The position numbers and the translations under genes were made by a program. Below, piece by piece: positions 53,337-63,531 of a DNA stretch of 64,000 nucleotides (positions are counted from its first letter, which is position 1; every line of letters begins with the position of its first letter). The stretch comes from an uncultured Chloroflexia bacterium. Its GTDB lineage: Bacteria > Chloroflexota > Limnocylindria > Limnocylindrales > CSP1-4. The notes beneath the pieces were generated by a model. That model had not been told where the DNA came from, ran no database searches, and saw only the letters and a program-made list of their open reading frames with translations. The stretch spans positions 480,001-544,000 of the forward strand of contig CAVPPB010000001.1 of assembly GCA_963707215.1 (NCBI GenBank), written 5' to 3'.

Positions 53337-54311
53337 TCAGCCGATCGCCAGGATCCGGCGCGGGTTCTCGACCGTCAGCTGGCGGACCGTCGCCTCGTCG
53401 AGCCCGTGCTCGCGAAGGCGCGGCAGGAACGTCGTCGTGAGGTAGACGTAGCCGTTGCCCTCGTACGACACCAGCTGGCTGTCGTGGCAGACGTCCTGGC
53501 TCAGGAGGATCCGCTGGGCGAAGCCGGCCTCGACCAGGTCGAGGAGCAGGCGCACGATCCGTGGCTCGCCGTGCCGCTCGGTCGCGGTGAAGGTCATCCC
53601 CAGGAAGTCGAACTCGACGCTGGCGCCGCGCCGGCAGATCTCGAGGTGATGGTCCAGCTCGGGATGGGAATCGGCGTGCCCGACGACGACCCTGCCGGGG
53701 TCGAGCCCCTCCTCCTCGAGGACCCGCAGCTGGGCCAGCCCGACCGGCGAGAGCACCGCGTGGGTGGAGACGGCCATCCCGGTCCGGGTCGCCGCCCGGG
53801 CGACCGCCCGGAAGACGCGCTCCTCCTGGGCGGTCAGCCACGGCTTGTCGGTGCCGATCTCGCCGAGGATGCCGGGCCGGATGCCCGTCCCGTCGACGCC
53901 CTCCTCGAAGTGGCGGACGAGCTCGTCGGCCAGGTCGTCGACGGAGCGCCGGTCGATCCGGGCCTCGACCGGGTAGTAGGCCTGGCGGTACCAGCCGGTC
54001 CCCATGACGATGTGCAACCCGGTCCGACGGGCGACCCGCACGAGCCACTCGGGGTCTCGGCCGGTGCCGGGCAGGGTCAGGTCGGTCAGGGCCGTCCCGC
54101 CGGCCTCCCGGAAGCGCCCAAGCTCCTCGACGATGCGGTCCTCGTCGCGGGACAGCTGCCAGTAGTCCCAGCGGGCCGGGATCTGCCAGAGGTGGATCTG
54201 GGTGTGCTCGTGGGGCAGGGTGAAGCCGAGCTCGCCGGCCGGGACGTCGCCGAGCACGGTCCGGACGAAGGGCCCGCTGATGTGGCCGTAGACGGGCCCT
54301 GGCTCGGTCAT
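53337..54311 (-). CDS. phosphotriesterase-family (PHP-like) amidohydrolase
   Basis: VRTVLG, TLPHEH, GRD, ILGEIG (Glu in place of carbamylated Lys), STH, GH, LSQD, ENPRRIL; GGAGG SD. Confidence 0.87.
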   Translation of the reverse strand: MTEPGPVYGHISGPFVRTVLGDVPAGELGFTLPHEHTQIHLWQIPARWDYWQLSRDEDRIVEELGRFREAGGTALTDLTLPGTGRDPEWLVRVARRTGLHIVMGTGWYRQAYYPVEARIDRRSVDDLADELVRHFEEGVDGTGIRPGILGEIGTDKPWLTAQEERVFRAVARAATRTGMAVSTHAVLSPVGLAQLRVLEEEGLDPGRVVVGHADSHPELDHHLEICRRGASVEFDFLGMTFTATERHGEPRIVRLLLDLVEAGFAQRILLSQDVCHDSQLVSYEGNGYVYLTTTFLPRLREHGLDEATVRQLTVENPRRILAIG

Positions 54312-54485
54312 CGCTGCCTCCCGTGATCCGGGTTGTCGAGACATGATGCCCAAGCGGGGCGGGCGACGTGAGGCCGATCGGGGGTCGGCCGGGGACTCGA
54401 GCCCTGACCCGGTACGATGGTCGGGCGCGTCGTCAGGCTGCGATCGATCACCGGTCGGCTTCGACCTCCGTGGAAGGTGGCTCGT

Positions 54486-55736
54486 ATGACGACCCGATTC
54501 CCCGCCTCGGTCGACACGGTCGTGATCGGTGCAGGCCAGGCCGGTCTGACGATGAGCTGGCACCTCCAGCAGGCCGGCCGCGATCACATCGTCCTCGACT
54601 CCCGGGCGTCCCTTGGCGGCAGCTGGCAGGACCGCTGGGAACGCTTCCGCCTGGTCGGCCCGAACTGGACGGCCAGCTTCCCCGGCGCCCCCTACGACGG
54701 CGACGATCCGGATGGCTTCATGCCGCGGGACGAGATCGCCGGCCGGGTCGCCCGGTACGCGTCCACCATCGGAGCGCCCGTCGTCCTGGAGGCCATCGTA
54801 GGCCGCCTTACCCGGAGGGTGGATGGCTTCCGTCTCGAGACCGGCCAGGGATCCGTGGACGCTGGCGAGGTGATCGTCGCCGTCGGCGGCTTCCATGCCC
54901 CGCGCGTGCCATCCGTCGCCGCGGACCTACCGGCCCGCGTCCTGAGCCTCCACGCCCATCACTACCGCGATGCCACCGACCTGCCCGATGGAGCCGTGCT
55001 GGTCATCGGCTCCGGGCAGACCGGCGTACAGCTGGTAGAGGAGCTGCGGGACCAGGGCCGGGAGGTCTACCTCTGCGTCGGGTCGGCCGGGCGGGTGCCC
55101 CGCCGCTACCGGGGGCACGACCTCTTCCACTGGCTATGGGAGCTGGCCGAGCGGGGCGAGGAGATGGGCGTCCGCCTGCCGACAGCGGACCAGCTCCCGG
55201 ATGGGACACGTCGCCTGCTCGGCAACCCGCACCTCTCGGGTCACGGTGGCGGTCACGAGGTCGACCTGCGACGGATCGGGCTGGACGGCACCACGCTGTT
55301 GGGACGCCTGACTGCGATCGAGGGAGAACGCGTCCGTCTTGGAGATGACCTGCAGGCGAACCTCGACGCCGCCGATCGCCTCTTTGCCGAGCGGTTCCAG
55401 GGTCCCATCGACGCCTTCATCGCCGCGGCCGGCCTGGACCTGCCGCCAGCCGAGCCGACGACCCGCGTCGAATACTCGCCGCCGATCGTGGAGGAGCTCG
55501 ACCTGGCGGCTGCCGGCATCTCGACGGTCCTGTGGACCACCGGCTACCGGCAGGACCTGTCCTGGATCGACCTCCCGGTGACCGACGACCTGGGGTTCCC
55601 GCGCCAGACCGACGGTGTGTCCGAGGTGCCGGGCCTGTACTTCGTCGGTGGATTGTGGCAGCGCGACCAGACGTCGGCGACCCTCGTCGGGCTCCCGCGG
55701 GATGCCCGTGTGCTTGCTGCCCGGATGGGCCTGTGA
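54486..55736 (+). CDS. flavin-dependent oxidoreductase (CzcO/MSMEG_0569-like FMO)
   Basis: VIGAGQAG, WQDRW..F.L..PNW, VIGSGQTG.Q, PRRYRG.D, WTTGY, PGLYFVG. Confidence 0.85.
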   Translation: MTTRFPASVDTVVIGAGQAGLTMSWHLQQAGRDHIVLDSRASLGGSWQDRWERFRLVGPNWTASFPGAPYDGDDPDGFMPRDEIAGRVARYASTIGAPVVLEAIVGRLTRRVDGFRLETGQGSVDAGEVIVAVGGFHAPRVPSVAADLPARVLSLHAHHYRDATDLPDGAVLVIGSGQTGVQLVEELRDQGREVYLCVGSAGRVPRRYRGHDLFHWLWELAERGEEMGVRLPTADQLPDGTRRLLGNPHLSGHGGGHEVDLRRIGLDGTTLLGRLTAIEGERVRLGDDLQANLDAADRLFAERFQGPIDAFIAAAGLDLPPAEPTTRVEYSPPIVEELDLAAAGISTVLWTTGYRQDLSWIDLPVTDDLGFPRQTDGVSEVPGLYFVGGLWQRDQTSATLVGLPRDARVLAARMGL

Positions 55737-55840
55737 TAGTGGGGTCGGGGTGATCCCGCTGCCCGGCATCCGCCCGATCGGTGCTGACGCCGAGCGGCCA
55801 TCACCGGCCCGGCGGACCGCTCGCTAGACTGCCGGGTGTC

Positions 55841-56455
55841 ATGACGACCCAGCCGCCCCCCACCGCTCCGCCGCCCCCCGACCCCGACGACCCGACCGGA
55901 CGGGTCACCCGCCTCGGCCCGGAGAGCGGCGGCCGGGTCCCGGGCGACGGTGCGCCGCGGGTCGAGGCCTGGTCCTGGACGACCGAGACGGACGCCCGGG
56001 TGGGGGTCCCGGTGCTGGGCATCGTGCTCGTCGTCCTGGGACTCCTCTTCCTCCTCCAGCAACTGGTCCCGGGAACGAGCTTCTGGGCCTGGGCGGCGCT
56101 CGCCCTCGGCGGCGTCGGGGTCGCGGTCTGGCTCTTCGACCATCGTCGGACCGGCATGCTCCAGGTCGGCCTGGTGCTCGTGGCGGCCGGGGTCGCCTCG
56201 CCCCTCCAGGCGCTCGGGCTCATCTCCGGGGACGGTTGGGGGACCCTGTTCGTCGGGCTGACCCTCATCGCCATCGGGATCGCCCGGCGGTCGAGTGGCA
56301 TCCCCTGGCAGGTCTGGATCGGCGGCCTGCTCGCGCTGATCGGCGCTTCGCAGACCGTCCTCCAAGGCGTCGGCGGAGGCTGGGTCTTCCCGGCGGCCGT
56401 CATCGTGGTGGGCGCGCTGCTGATCCTCAGGGCCACCCGGCGCTCAGGATCGTAG
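55841..56455 (+). CDS. hypothetical multi-TM membrane protein (LiaF/LiaI-like TM repeats)
   Basis: GIVLVVLGLLFLLQQL, about 6 TMs, C-terminal P..VIVVGALLI. Confidence 0.65.
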   Translation: MTTQPPPTAPPPPDPDDPTGRVTRLGPESGGRVPGDGAPRVEAWSWTTETDARVGVPVLGIVLVVLGLLFLLQQLVPGTSFWAWAALALGGVGVAVWLFDHRRTGMLQVGLVLVAAGVASPLQALGLISGDGWGTLFVGLTLIAIGIARRSSGIPWQVWIGGLLALIGASQTVLQGVGGGWVFPAAVIVVGALLILRATRRSGS

Positions 56456-56503
56456 GCCGCAGGGCCCGAGGCCGGATCCCCCCGGGCACGGCCCGGCCCC
56501 GCC

Positions 56504-57847
56504 CTACCCTGCCTCGCTCTCGGCCAGCCCCCGGTCGATCGCCGCCGCGAGCCCGTCGACGACCCGGGCCAGCTCCTCGTCGGTGATCACGTACGGCGGC
56601 CCGAGCAGGATCTGGTCGCCGTCGGTGCCGTTGGCCTGGCCGGTGCCGCTGTAGAGGAGCAGCCCATCGGCCTGGGCGCCGCGGACGATCGTCTCGGTGA
56701 GCCGGCGGGCCCGGGGGAACGGCTCGCGGGTCTCGCGGTCGGCGACGAGCTCGACCCCGACCATCAGCCCGAGGCCCCGGATCTCCCCGACGCTCGGGTG
56801 CTCATCGAGTCGCTCGTGGAGCAGGGCGCGCAGACGCTCGCCCTTGTCGCGCGAGGCCGTCACGAGGTCCTCGTCGCGGAGGATCCGGAGGACCTCGCCG
56901 GCGACCGCCGCGCCCACGACGTGATGGCTGTAGGTGAAGCCGTGGACGAAGCCGCCCTCGCGGATCGTCTCGCGGACCTGGCCGGACACGGCGGCGAAGC
57001 CGAACGGCCAGTAGCCGGACGTCGCCCCCTTGGCCGCCACGAGGATGTCCGGGCGGACGCCCCAGTGGTCGACCGCGAACCAGGCCCCGGTCCGCCCGAA
57101 GCCGGTCATGACCTCGTCGGCGATGAGCAGGACGCCGTGGCGTCGACAGACCTCGGCGATCGCCGGCCAGTAGCCGTCGGGCGGGACGGCTGCCGCGATG
57201 CTGGCCCCGACCACTGGCTCGGCGATGAACGCGGCGACGTTCCGCGGGCCGGCGTGGACGATGGTCCGCTCCAGCTCCAGGGCCAGCTCGTCCGCGGTGC
57301 CGAGGGCGTTGGCGCCGGGCTCGTCGGCCCGGTACGGGTAGGCCGCGCTGACGTGGCGGAAGCGGCCCAGCCACGGCTCGTACGGCCGCCGGAGCGGGCG
57401 TCGGCCCGAGAGATCGAGCGCCCCGAGGGTGTTGCCGTGGTAGCTGCCCCAGCGGGCGATGACGACGAGCCGGTCCGGCTCGCGGCGGGCCAGATGGTAG
57501 GCGCGAGCCTGCTTGAGGGCCGTCTCGGTCGCCTCGGAACCGCCGCTGACCGGGTAGACCGCCGGCTCGTCGAGCGGCAGGAGCGGCCCGACCTCCGCCG
57601 CGTATCGCTCGAGCGCCTCGTTGGTGAAGAAGCTGCCGTGCGCATAGGCCAGCCGGCTCGCCTGGTCGGCCATCACCTCGGCGACGCTGCGCCGGCCGTG
57701 ACCGACGTTGACGACGACCGCGCCCCCGGCGGCATCGAGGTAGGCCTTGCCATCGACATCCCAGATGGTCGAGGCCTCGGCCCGCGCGGCGACCGGCGGC
57801 TCGGGCAACATCGAGCGGCGGAAGACGGTGCCGCTGGCGGTGGTCAC
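56504..57847 (-). CDS. class III PLP aminotransferase
   Basis: YLDAAGGA, SGGSEATE, SYHGNT, EPVVG, IADEVMTGFGRTG, PDILVAAKG, HGFTY. True start may be ATG 57873 with one C missing in a C run. Confidence 0.88.
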   Translation of the reverse strand: MTTASGTVFRRSMLPEPPVAARAEASTIWDVDGKAYLDAAGGAVVVNVGHGRRSVAEVMADQASRLAYAHGSFFTNEALERYAAEVGPLLPLDEPAVYPVSGGSEATETALKQARAYHLARREPDRLVVIARWGSYHGNTLGALDLSGRRPLRRPYEPWLGRFRHVSAAYPYRADEPGANALGTADELALELERTIVHAGPRNVAAFIAEPVVGASIAAAVPPDGYWPAIAEVCRRHGVLLIADEVMTGFGRTGAWFAVDHWGVRPDILVAAKGATSGYWPFGFAAVSGQVRETIREGGFVHGFTYSHHVVGAAVAGEVLRILRDEDLVTASRDKGERLRALLHERLDEHPSVGEIRGLGLMVGVELVADRETREPFPRARRLTETIVRGAQADGLLLYSGTGQANGTDGDQILLGPPYVITDEELARVVDGLAAAIDRGLAESEAG

Positions 57848-58004
57848 GGGAGCTCGGTCGGGATCTCGGTCATCGTCGCCGATCGTAGCAGCGGCTCTCG
57901 GGAAGTGGGCGCTCGTCACGCTGGTGCGGCCCAGGGCGTCCTTTGCCCGGACCCGGTAGCCTGCCGGCGACGCCCGCACCCCAGGACCGCCGAACCGAAA
58001 CAAG

Positions 58005-58703
58005 ATGCGACTCCTCCTCGTCGACGACGAGCCCGATCTCCTCGCCGCGCTCGCGACCGGCCTCCGGCGCGAGGGCTACGCCGTGGACACCGCAGGTTCG
58101 GTGGCCGAGGCAGGCGCGCACCTGACCGAGAACCCCTACGACCTCGTCTGCCTCGACCTGGGGCTGCCGGACGGCGAGGGCCGCGACGTCTGTCGGGCGA
58201 TCCGGAGCGGCGAGCTGTCCGTCCCGGATTCCCCGCCGGCGCGGGTGTTGATGCTGACCGCCAGGGACAGCCTGGAGGACCGGGTGAGCGGCCTCGACGA
58301 GGGCGCCGACGACTACCTCGTCAAGCCCTTCAGCTTCGTCGAGCTGTCGGCCCGGATCCGCGCCCTGCTGCGGCGGGACACGGTCAATCCGGGAGCACGG
58401 ATCGCGATCGGCGACCTGGAGCTCGACGCGGCCCGCTTCGAAGCCCGGCGGGACGACGCTCGACTCGACCTCACCCCCAAGGAGTTCGCCCTCCTTCGGT
58501 ACCTGATGCTCCACCCCGACCAGGTCCTGACGCCCGAGCGGCTCCTGGAGCACGTCTGGGACGAGCACGCAGACCCGTTCTCGAACACGGTCCGGGTGAC
58601 CATCAGCAACCTCCGGCGGAAGCTCGCCGAGGCGAGCCCGGGCGACGACCAGCCCATCGAGACGGTCGTCGGCGTGGGCTACCGCCTCCGGGTGACGGCA
58701 TGA
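58005..58703 (+). CDS. OmpR-family response regulator (CutR-like)
   Basis: LLVDDE, LDLGLP, LMLTA, GADDYLVKPF, LTPKEF, IETVVGVGYR. Confidence 0.93.
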   Translation: MRLLLVDDEPDLLAALATGLRREGYAVDTAGSVAEAGAHLTENPYDLVCLDLGLPDGEGRDVCRAIRSGELSVPDSPPARVLMLTARDSLEDRVSGLDEGADDYLVKPFSFVELSARIRALLRRDTVNPGARIAIGDLELDAARFEARRDDARLDLTPKEFALLRYLMLHPDQVLTPERLLEHVWDEHADPFSNTVRVTISNLRRKLAEASPGDDQPIETVVGVGYRLRVTA

Positions 58704-59971
58704 GCGGCTCCCCTGCTCCCGATCGGCCGTGGTCGGCGGCCGACCTGGTCCCGGCCTGGGTCCGCTCGATCCGCTTCCGGCTCGCCGCCATCTACACGCT
58801 CGCTCTCGTGGGGGTCGCCGGGCTGCTGCTCCTGGTCCTCTACCTCGGCTTCGAGCAGGTCCTCGCCGCCCAGGCCTCGAACGGCACTCCCAGCCTGGAG
58901 GCCGAGCTGCTCCGCCTGCTGGGCCTGGCCGACGTCTTCGGCTTCGGCGATGCGGCCACCGATGCCGCGGCGGCCATCCGGGCCCAGCTCCTGACCGATC
59001 TGCGGAACGTCTCCATCAGCGCGCTCCTCGTGCTGGTCCCGCTGGCCTTCCTCGTCGGCTGGCTGGTGGCCGGCCGGGTCCTGCGGCCGGTCGACCGGAT
59101 CACCGCGGTCGCCCGGGAGATCGGCTCGAGCGACCTGTCGCGCCGGATCCGCCTCGACGGCCCGAACGACGAGGTCCGCCGGATGGCCGACACGTTCGAC
59201 GCGATGCTCGACCGGCTCGACGACGGTGTCCAGGCCCAGCGCTCGTTCGTGGAGGACGCGTCCCACGAGCTGCGCAACCCGCTGGCCGTGATCCGGACGA
59301 CCCTCGACGTGGCCCTTGCCGAGCCGGGGGACGCCGAGGGCCTCCGTCGGGCCGCCGAGGTCGCCCTGCGGACGGCCGACCGGATGTCGACCACCGTGGA
59401 CGAGCTGCTGGCGTTCGCCCGCTACGGGGCGCAGCTCCAGCGAAGCGGCCCGGTCGACCTGGGCGCGGTCGTGACCGAGGTCGGCCAGGAGTACGAGGCG
59501 GTGGCAGCGGCCGCCGGCGTCCGGGTCGTCTGGGCGGCCGATGACGGGCTGGTCGTGGAGGGCGACCGCGACGCCCTCAAGCGGGCCCAGGCCAACCTCG
59601 TCTCGAATGCCGTCAGGGTCGCCCCGTCGGGCTCGACGATCCACTGCGGCGCCGGGCGGGTGCCCGGCTGGCGCTGGTTCGGCGTCCGCGACACCGGTCC
59701 GGGGATCGACCCGTCGCTGCAGCCGCTCGTCTTCCAGCGGGCCTGGCGGGAGGGTGGCCGAGCCATCGACGGGGAGGGCCGCGGCCTGGGCCTGGCCCTG
59801 GTCCGCCAGATCGCCGAGGCCCACGGCGGGACGGTCAGCGTCGCCTCGGCGCCAGGTGCCGGGGCGAGCTTCGTCGTGTGGCTGCCGGAGCGTGCCGGGG
59901 TGGGCGGCCCCTCGGTCGACGAGCTGCGGCGGCATCCGGACCCGCTCTGGGCGGTCGGCCTGCCCCGCTGA
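58700..59971 (+). CDS. HAMP sensor histidine kinase
   Basis: Two TMs, HAMP (LRPV..L.RRI..DE), DASHELRNPL H-box, NLVSNA, DTGPGI, GLGLALV; ATGA overlap. Confidence 0.92.
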   Translation: MSGSPAPDRPWSAADLVPAWVRSIRFRLAAIYTLALVGVAGLLLLVLYLGFEQVLAAQASNGTPSLEAELLRLLGLADVFGFGDAATDAAAAIRAQLLTDLRNVSISALLVLVPLAFLVGWLVAGRVLRPVDRITAVAREIGSSDLSRRIRLDGPNDEVRRMADTFDAMLDRLDDGVQAQRSFVEDASHELRNPLAVIRTTLDVALAEPGDAEGLRRAAEVALRTADRMSTTVDELLAFARYGAQLQRSGPVDLGAVVTEVGQEYEAVAAAAGVRVVWAADDGLVVEGDRDALKRAQANLVSNAVRVAPSGSTIHCGAGRVPGWRWFGVRDTGPGIDPSLQPLVFQRAWREGGRAIDGEGRGLGLALVRQIAEAHGGTVSVASAPGAGASFVVWLPERAGVGGPSVDELRRHPDPLWAVGLPR

Positions 59972-59994
59972 GCACGAGACGGGCTGGGGCACGG

Positions 59995-60022
59995 CGATGC
60001 CGCCGGGCCACCGGCGGCATCG
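59995..60022. terminator. hairpin between convergent genes
   Basis: CGATGCCGCCGG-gcca-CCGGCGGCATCG 12-bp stem. Confidence 0.55.
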
Positions 60023-60058
60023 TGTGATCCGGAACGATCGAGGGGACGCCCTCCGGTC

Positions 60059-60733
60059 CTAGTGCCAGACCTCCATGTAGCCGCTCTTCGTCTGGAAGAG
60101 CCAGCCGCCGCTCATGGTCGCCTCGTCGATCAGCGAGGCGCCGTCGAGGGTCACCGTCCCGAAGACGTCGGCGGCGCGCTGCACCCCGTTGCCGTGGGAC
60201 GTGTACTGGTATTGCCCGGCCGTGCCGCCGCTGTAGGTGCCGTGATAGCGCTCCAGGGCTCCGACGCCGCTGAAAGCGAGATCGACGGCGACCGTGCCGA
60301 TCACGACCGCGTCGAGGCACTCCCCGGTCGCTTCGTCCCAGGCGAGGCAGTCCTCGACCTCGAAGCTCGCGGTGAGCTGGCCGCCGCCGAGCTTCTTGGA
60401 CAGGGTCAGCACGTCGGCCTCGCCGCAGTAGCCGAAGCCGCCCTCGTCGATCCACTCGCCCTCGGGCGTGACTGTGACCGACCATGAGCTGACGCAGGCG
60501 TAGTCGGACTGCCAGGCACCGTCGCCTCGGGCGACGTACGACGCGGCGTCGACATACACCTCCGAGTAGGTCCCGGGCGGCAGGTTCCCGCTCTCGTCCC
60601 ACTCGAAGTCCGAGAACCAGGCGCTGACCCCCGACCCTCGCTCCCGGTAGTGATAGGTATCCGCGGCCAGCACCGGAGTGGCCGCGACCGACAGGCCCGC
60701 GATCACCGCGAGCAGCACCAGCAGGCGACGCAT
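60059..60733 (-). CDS. secreted hypothetical protein
   Basis: Sec signal MRRLLVLLAV..PVLA; acidic, beta-rich mature part with 4 Cys; GGGGGA SD. Confidence 0.75.
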   Translation of the reverse strand: MRRLLVLLAVIAGLSVAATPVLAADTYHYRERGSGVSAWFSDFEWDESGNLPPGTYSEVYVDAASYVARGDGAWQSDYACVSSWSVTVTPEGEWIDEGGFGYCGEADVLTLSKKLGGGQLTASFEVEDCLAWDEATGECLDAVVIGTVAVDLAFSGVGALERYHGTYSGGTAGQYQYTSHGNGVQRAADVFGTVTLDGASLIDEATMSGGWLFQTKSGYMEVWH

Positions 60734-60964
60734 CTCGTCGTCCCCCATGCGTCGCGAGGCGGTCCCGCCAGTGGCTCGGCGCGGCACAGGCGGCCGATGC
60801 TGGCGCCGTGCGTCATCGCCTCTCGCGATGCGGATGAGACGCGAACGCCAGGCCGCTGTTGCCGGGCCGGCCATTTATGCCGCCCTTATCCCAGCTGAAC
60901 GGCCGCCTTACGCCTCGCCGGGCAGGCTGCGAGCTACGACTCGGACCCTGCTCGGAGAGACAAC

Positions 60965-62350
60965 GTGGACGATCCCTTCGCGAGCCAGGAGCGCTCGCAC
61001 CGGACCTGGCGCGACCTGCCGCCATCCCCCCCGATCGAGACACCGCCGCCCGAACCGACCTTCGCGGCCGCTGGCGCGCCGGTGCCGGCGACGCCCGCTG
61101 CGGCTGCCGCACGGCCGTCGCGCCGTCGGACCCTTGCCACCTTCGCCGTCGGTGCCGTCGCCGGTGCGCTCGTGCTGGGCGTGGCCGGCGCCGGAATCGT
61201 GTCGGCCACCCTGGGCGACGCGCTCGACCCGCTGGCCGCGGTCGAGCGGATGCTGCCCGACGCCACGACCGCTCCCGATGGGGGCGCCGAGAACGGCGGG
61301 TCGGCCCCCGGCACGACCGAGAACGAGCCCCTCGCCGACACCGCCGACCGGCTGCTCCCGTCGGTCGTCCAGATCGAGGCCGGCCAGGCGATCGGCTCGG
61401 GCTTCGTCGCCGACGTCGACGGCTGGATCCTGACCGCGTCGCACGTGGTCGGTCGCGAGGACCGGGTCACCCTGAAGCTGGACGATGGGACCGCGGTCGA
61501 GGCGACCGTGGTCGCCCGCGACCGGACCATCGACACGGCCGTCCTGCGGGCCGATGACAAGGACCTCCCGCCCGCCGTGCTGGGCCGCAGCGCCGACGTC
61601 CGCGTCGGCCAGGTCGCCGTCGCCGTGGGCAGTCCCTTCGGCTACAGCCAGACCGTGACGACAGGGATCGTCAGCGCCCTGGGGCGCACCCTCGAGACGC
61701 CCATCGGCGAGCTGCGCGACCTCATCCAGACCGATGCCGCCATCAACTCGGGCAACAGCGGCGGCCCGCTCGCGGACCGCGAGGGCAAGATCATCGGCAT
61801 CAACACGGCGATCGCCAGCGCCTCGGGCGGCAGCGACGGGGTCGGCTTCGCCGTCCCGATCGACACGGCAGTCGAGATGCTCCGCCGCGTCCAGGCCGGC
61901 GACTGGACGGCCGAGGACGACGTGCCGGCCGACGTCGGCGGCGTCCCCGGGTTGCCCTTCGGACCGGGCGGGCTCGACGACCTGTTCGACCAGCTGCTCG
62001 GCCCCGGTGGGCTCGACGACCTGTTCGGCGGCGACCTCTTCGGTGAGGATCCGTTCGCCGATCCGTCCGACCCGACGGACCCCGGAGCCGGCACCGGTCC
62101 CCTGGGGCCACTCTTTGACGACCTCTTCGGTGAGCTCTTCGGGGGCGGGGCGATCGCGCCCGAGCCGGCCCCGGAGGCCGATGGCTCCGTGCCGCCCGGC
62201 GACGGCGGTGCGGCCCCCGAGACGACCCCGGACGAGGGGCTCGATCTCGACCCGTTCATGCGGCGGACCATGGACCTGCTCTTCGACCAGCTGCTCGACG
62301 AGATGTTCGGGGCGGCGGTGCCCGGCCTCGACGGAGGAGCCACCTCGTGA
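60965..62350 (+). CDS. membrane-anchored HtrA-like (S1C) protease lacking a PDZ domain
   Basis: TM anchor, PSVVQI, GSGF, LTASHV, DTAVL, GSPFG, IQTDAAINSGNSGGP, GVGFAVP; acidic low-complexity tail. Confidence 0.88.
   Translation: MDDPFASQERSHRTWRDLPPSPPIETPPPEPTFAAAGAPVPATPAAAAARPSRRRTLATFAVGAVAGALVLGVAGAGIVSATLGDALDPLAAVERMLPDATTAPDGGAENGGSAPGTTENEPLADTADRLLPSVVQIEAGQAIGSGFVADVDGWILTASHVVGREDRVTLKLDDGTAVEATVVARDRTIDTAVLRADDKDLPPAVLGRSADVRVGQVAVAVGSPFGYSQTVTTGIVSALGRTLETPIGELRDLIQTDAAINSGNSGGPLADREGKIIGINTAIASASGGSDGVGFAVPIDTAVEMLRRVQAGDWTAEDDVPADVGGVPGLPFGPGGLDDLFDQLLGPGGLDDLFGGDLFGEDPFADPSDPTDPGAGTGPLGPLFDDLFGELFGGGAIAPEPAPEADGSVPPGDGGAAPETTPDEGLDLDPFMRRTMDLLFDQLLDEMFGAAVPGLDGGATS
61961..62038 (+). 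repeat. 39-nt (13-aa) tandem repeat in the protease tail
   Basis: GPGGLDDLFDQLL-GPGGLDDLFGGDL; further degenerate copies downstream. Confidence 0.75.
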
Positions 62351-63531
62351 CCACCCCCGACCTTCCGACCGTCCGCCTCGGCCAGGTCCGCCATGAGCTG
62401 ACCAGGGTCATCGTCGGCCAGGACCGCGTCCTCGATCGTCTGCTGGTCGCCGTCCTCGCCGACGGCCACGTCCTCCTGGAGGGCGTGCCCGGGCTCGGCA
62501 AGACGCTCGTCCTGGCCACCCTGGCCAGGGTCCTCGGCGGCTCCTTCTCGCGGATCCAGTTCACCCCGGACCTCATCCCGGCGGACGTCGTCGGGACCCG
62601 GATCTACCGGCCGTCGAGCGAGACGTTCGACGTCGAGCCGGGCCCGGTCCTCGCCAACATCGTCCTCGCCGACGAGATCAACCGGGCGCCGGCCCGGGTC
62701 CAGTCCGCCCTGCTCGAGGTCATGGCCGAGCGCCAGGTCACGATCGGCGGGCGGACCTTCCCGGCCCCCCGACCATTCCTCGTCGTGGCGACCCAGAACC
62801 CTATCGAGTCCGAGGGCGTCTACCCGCTGCCCGAGGCCCAGCGCGACCGCTTTCTCATGCGGGTCCCGGTGGACTACCCCACCCCGGCCGAGGAGCGGGC
62901 CATCGTGGCCCGGATGGCCGACGAGCCGCCGACGGCCGCCTGCCTGCTCGATCCCGAGGACGTGGTCGACCTCCAGGCGGCAGCCCGGGCCGTCCGGATC
63001 GCCGAGCCGACCGTCGACTACGCGGTCCGGCTGGTCCTCGCGACGCGCGAACCGCGGGCCCACGGCCTCGACCGGCTGGTCGGGATGCTCGAGTACGGGG
63101 CCAGCCCCCGGGCGAGCCTCGGACTGGTCCGGGCCGCCCGGGCGATGGCCCTCCTGCGCGGCCGCGACGAGGCCACCCCGCAGGACGTCTACGACGTGGC
63201 CTACGACGTGCTCAACGCCCGGCTGGCCCTCTCGTACGCGGCGCTCGCCGAGGGCTTCACCGTCGACGACGTCCTGGTCGAGCTCCTGACGACGGTCAGG
63301 GCGCCGGCCCGGGTGGCCCCCTACCGGCCCTCGGCCGGGCCGGCCATCGCGTCACTGCCGCCGTCCCCACCCACCGCCGCCCCGACGCCGGGCCCTGACG
63401 GCTGGCGAGCGCCGGCCGAGTGGCAGTCGCCGGTCTCCGCGCCGCCGGTCGTGCTGGCGGGCGATCCCCCGCCGGCGGCCCAGCCCGCCGATGCGCGGTC
63501 GCCGGGTCCGAACCCGGGTGAGCCGCGATGA
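62347..63531 (+). CDS. moxR: MoxR family AAA+ ATPase
   Basis: GHVLLEGVPGLGKT, RIQFTPDLIPAD, LADEINRAP..QSALLE, ATQNPIE.EG.YPLPEAQ.DRF, GASPR; GTGA overlap. Confidence 0.93.
   Translation: MTTPDLPTVRLGQVRHELTRVIVGQDRVLDRLLVAVLADGHVLLEGVPGLGKTLVLATLARVLGGSFSRIQFTPDLIPADVVGTRIYRPSSETFDVEPGPVLANIVLADEINRAPARVQSALLEVMAERQVTIGGRTFPAPRPFLVVATQNPIESEGVYPLPEAQRDRFLMRVPVDYPTPAEERAIVARMADEPPTAACLLDPEDVVDLQAAARAVRIAEPTVDYAVRLVLATREPRAHGLDRLVGMLEYGASPRASLGLVRAARAMALLRGRDEATPQDVYDVAYDVLNARLALSYAALAEGFTVDDVLVELLTTVRAPARVAPYRPSAGPAIASLPPSPPTAAPTPGPDGWRAPAEWQSPVSAPPVVLAGDPPPAAQPADARSPGPNPGEPR

Noticed and set aside
54486-55736. Possible foreign origin of the flavoprotein gene (more A/T-ending codons by eye)
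   Set aside because: Not quantified; no flanking repeats or mobility genes.
57844-57873. Leaderless uORF MTEIPTELP* overlapping the aminotransferase GTG
   Set aside because: One extra C in the C run would fuse it in frame, so it is probably the real N-terminus; needs a read check.
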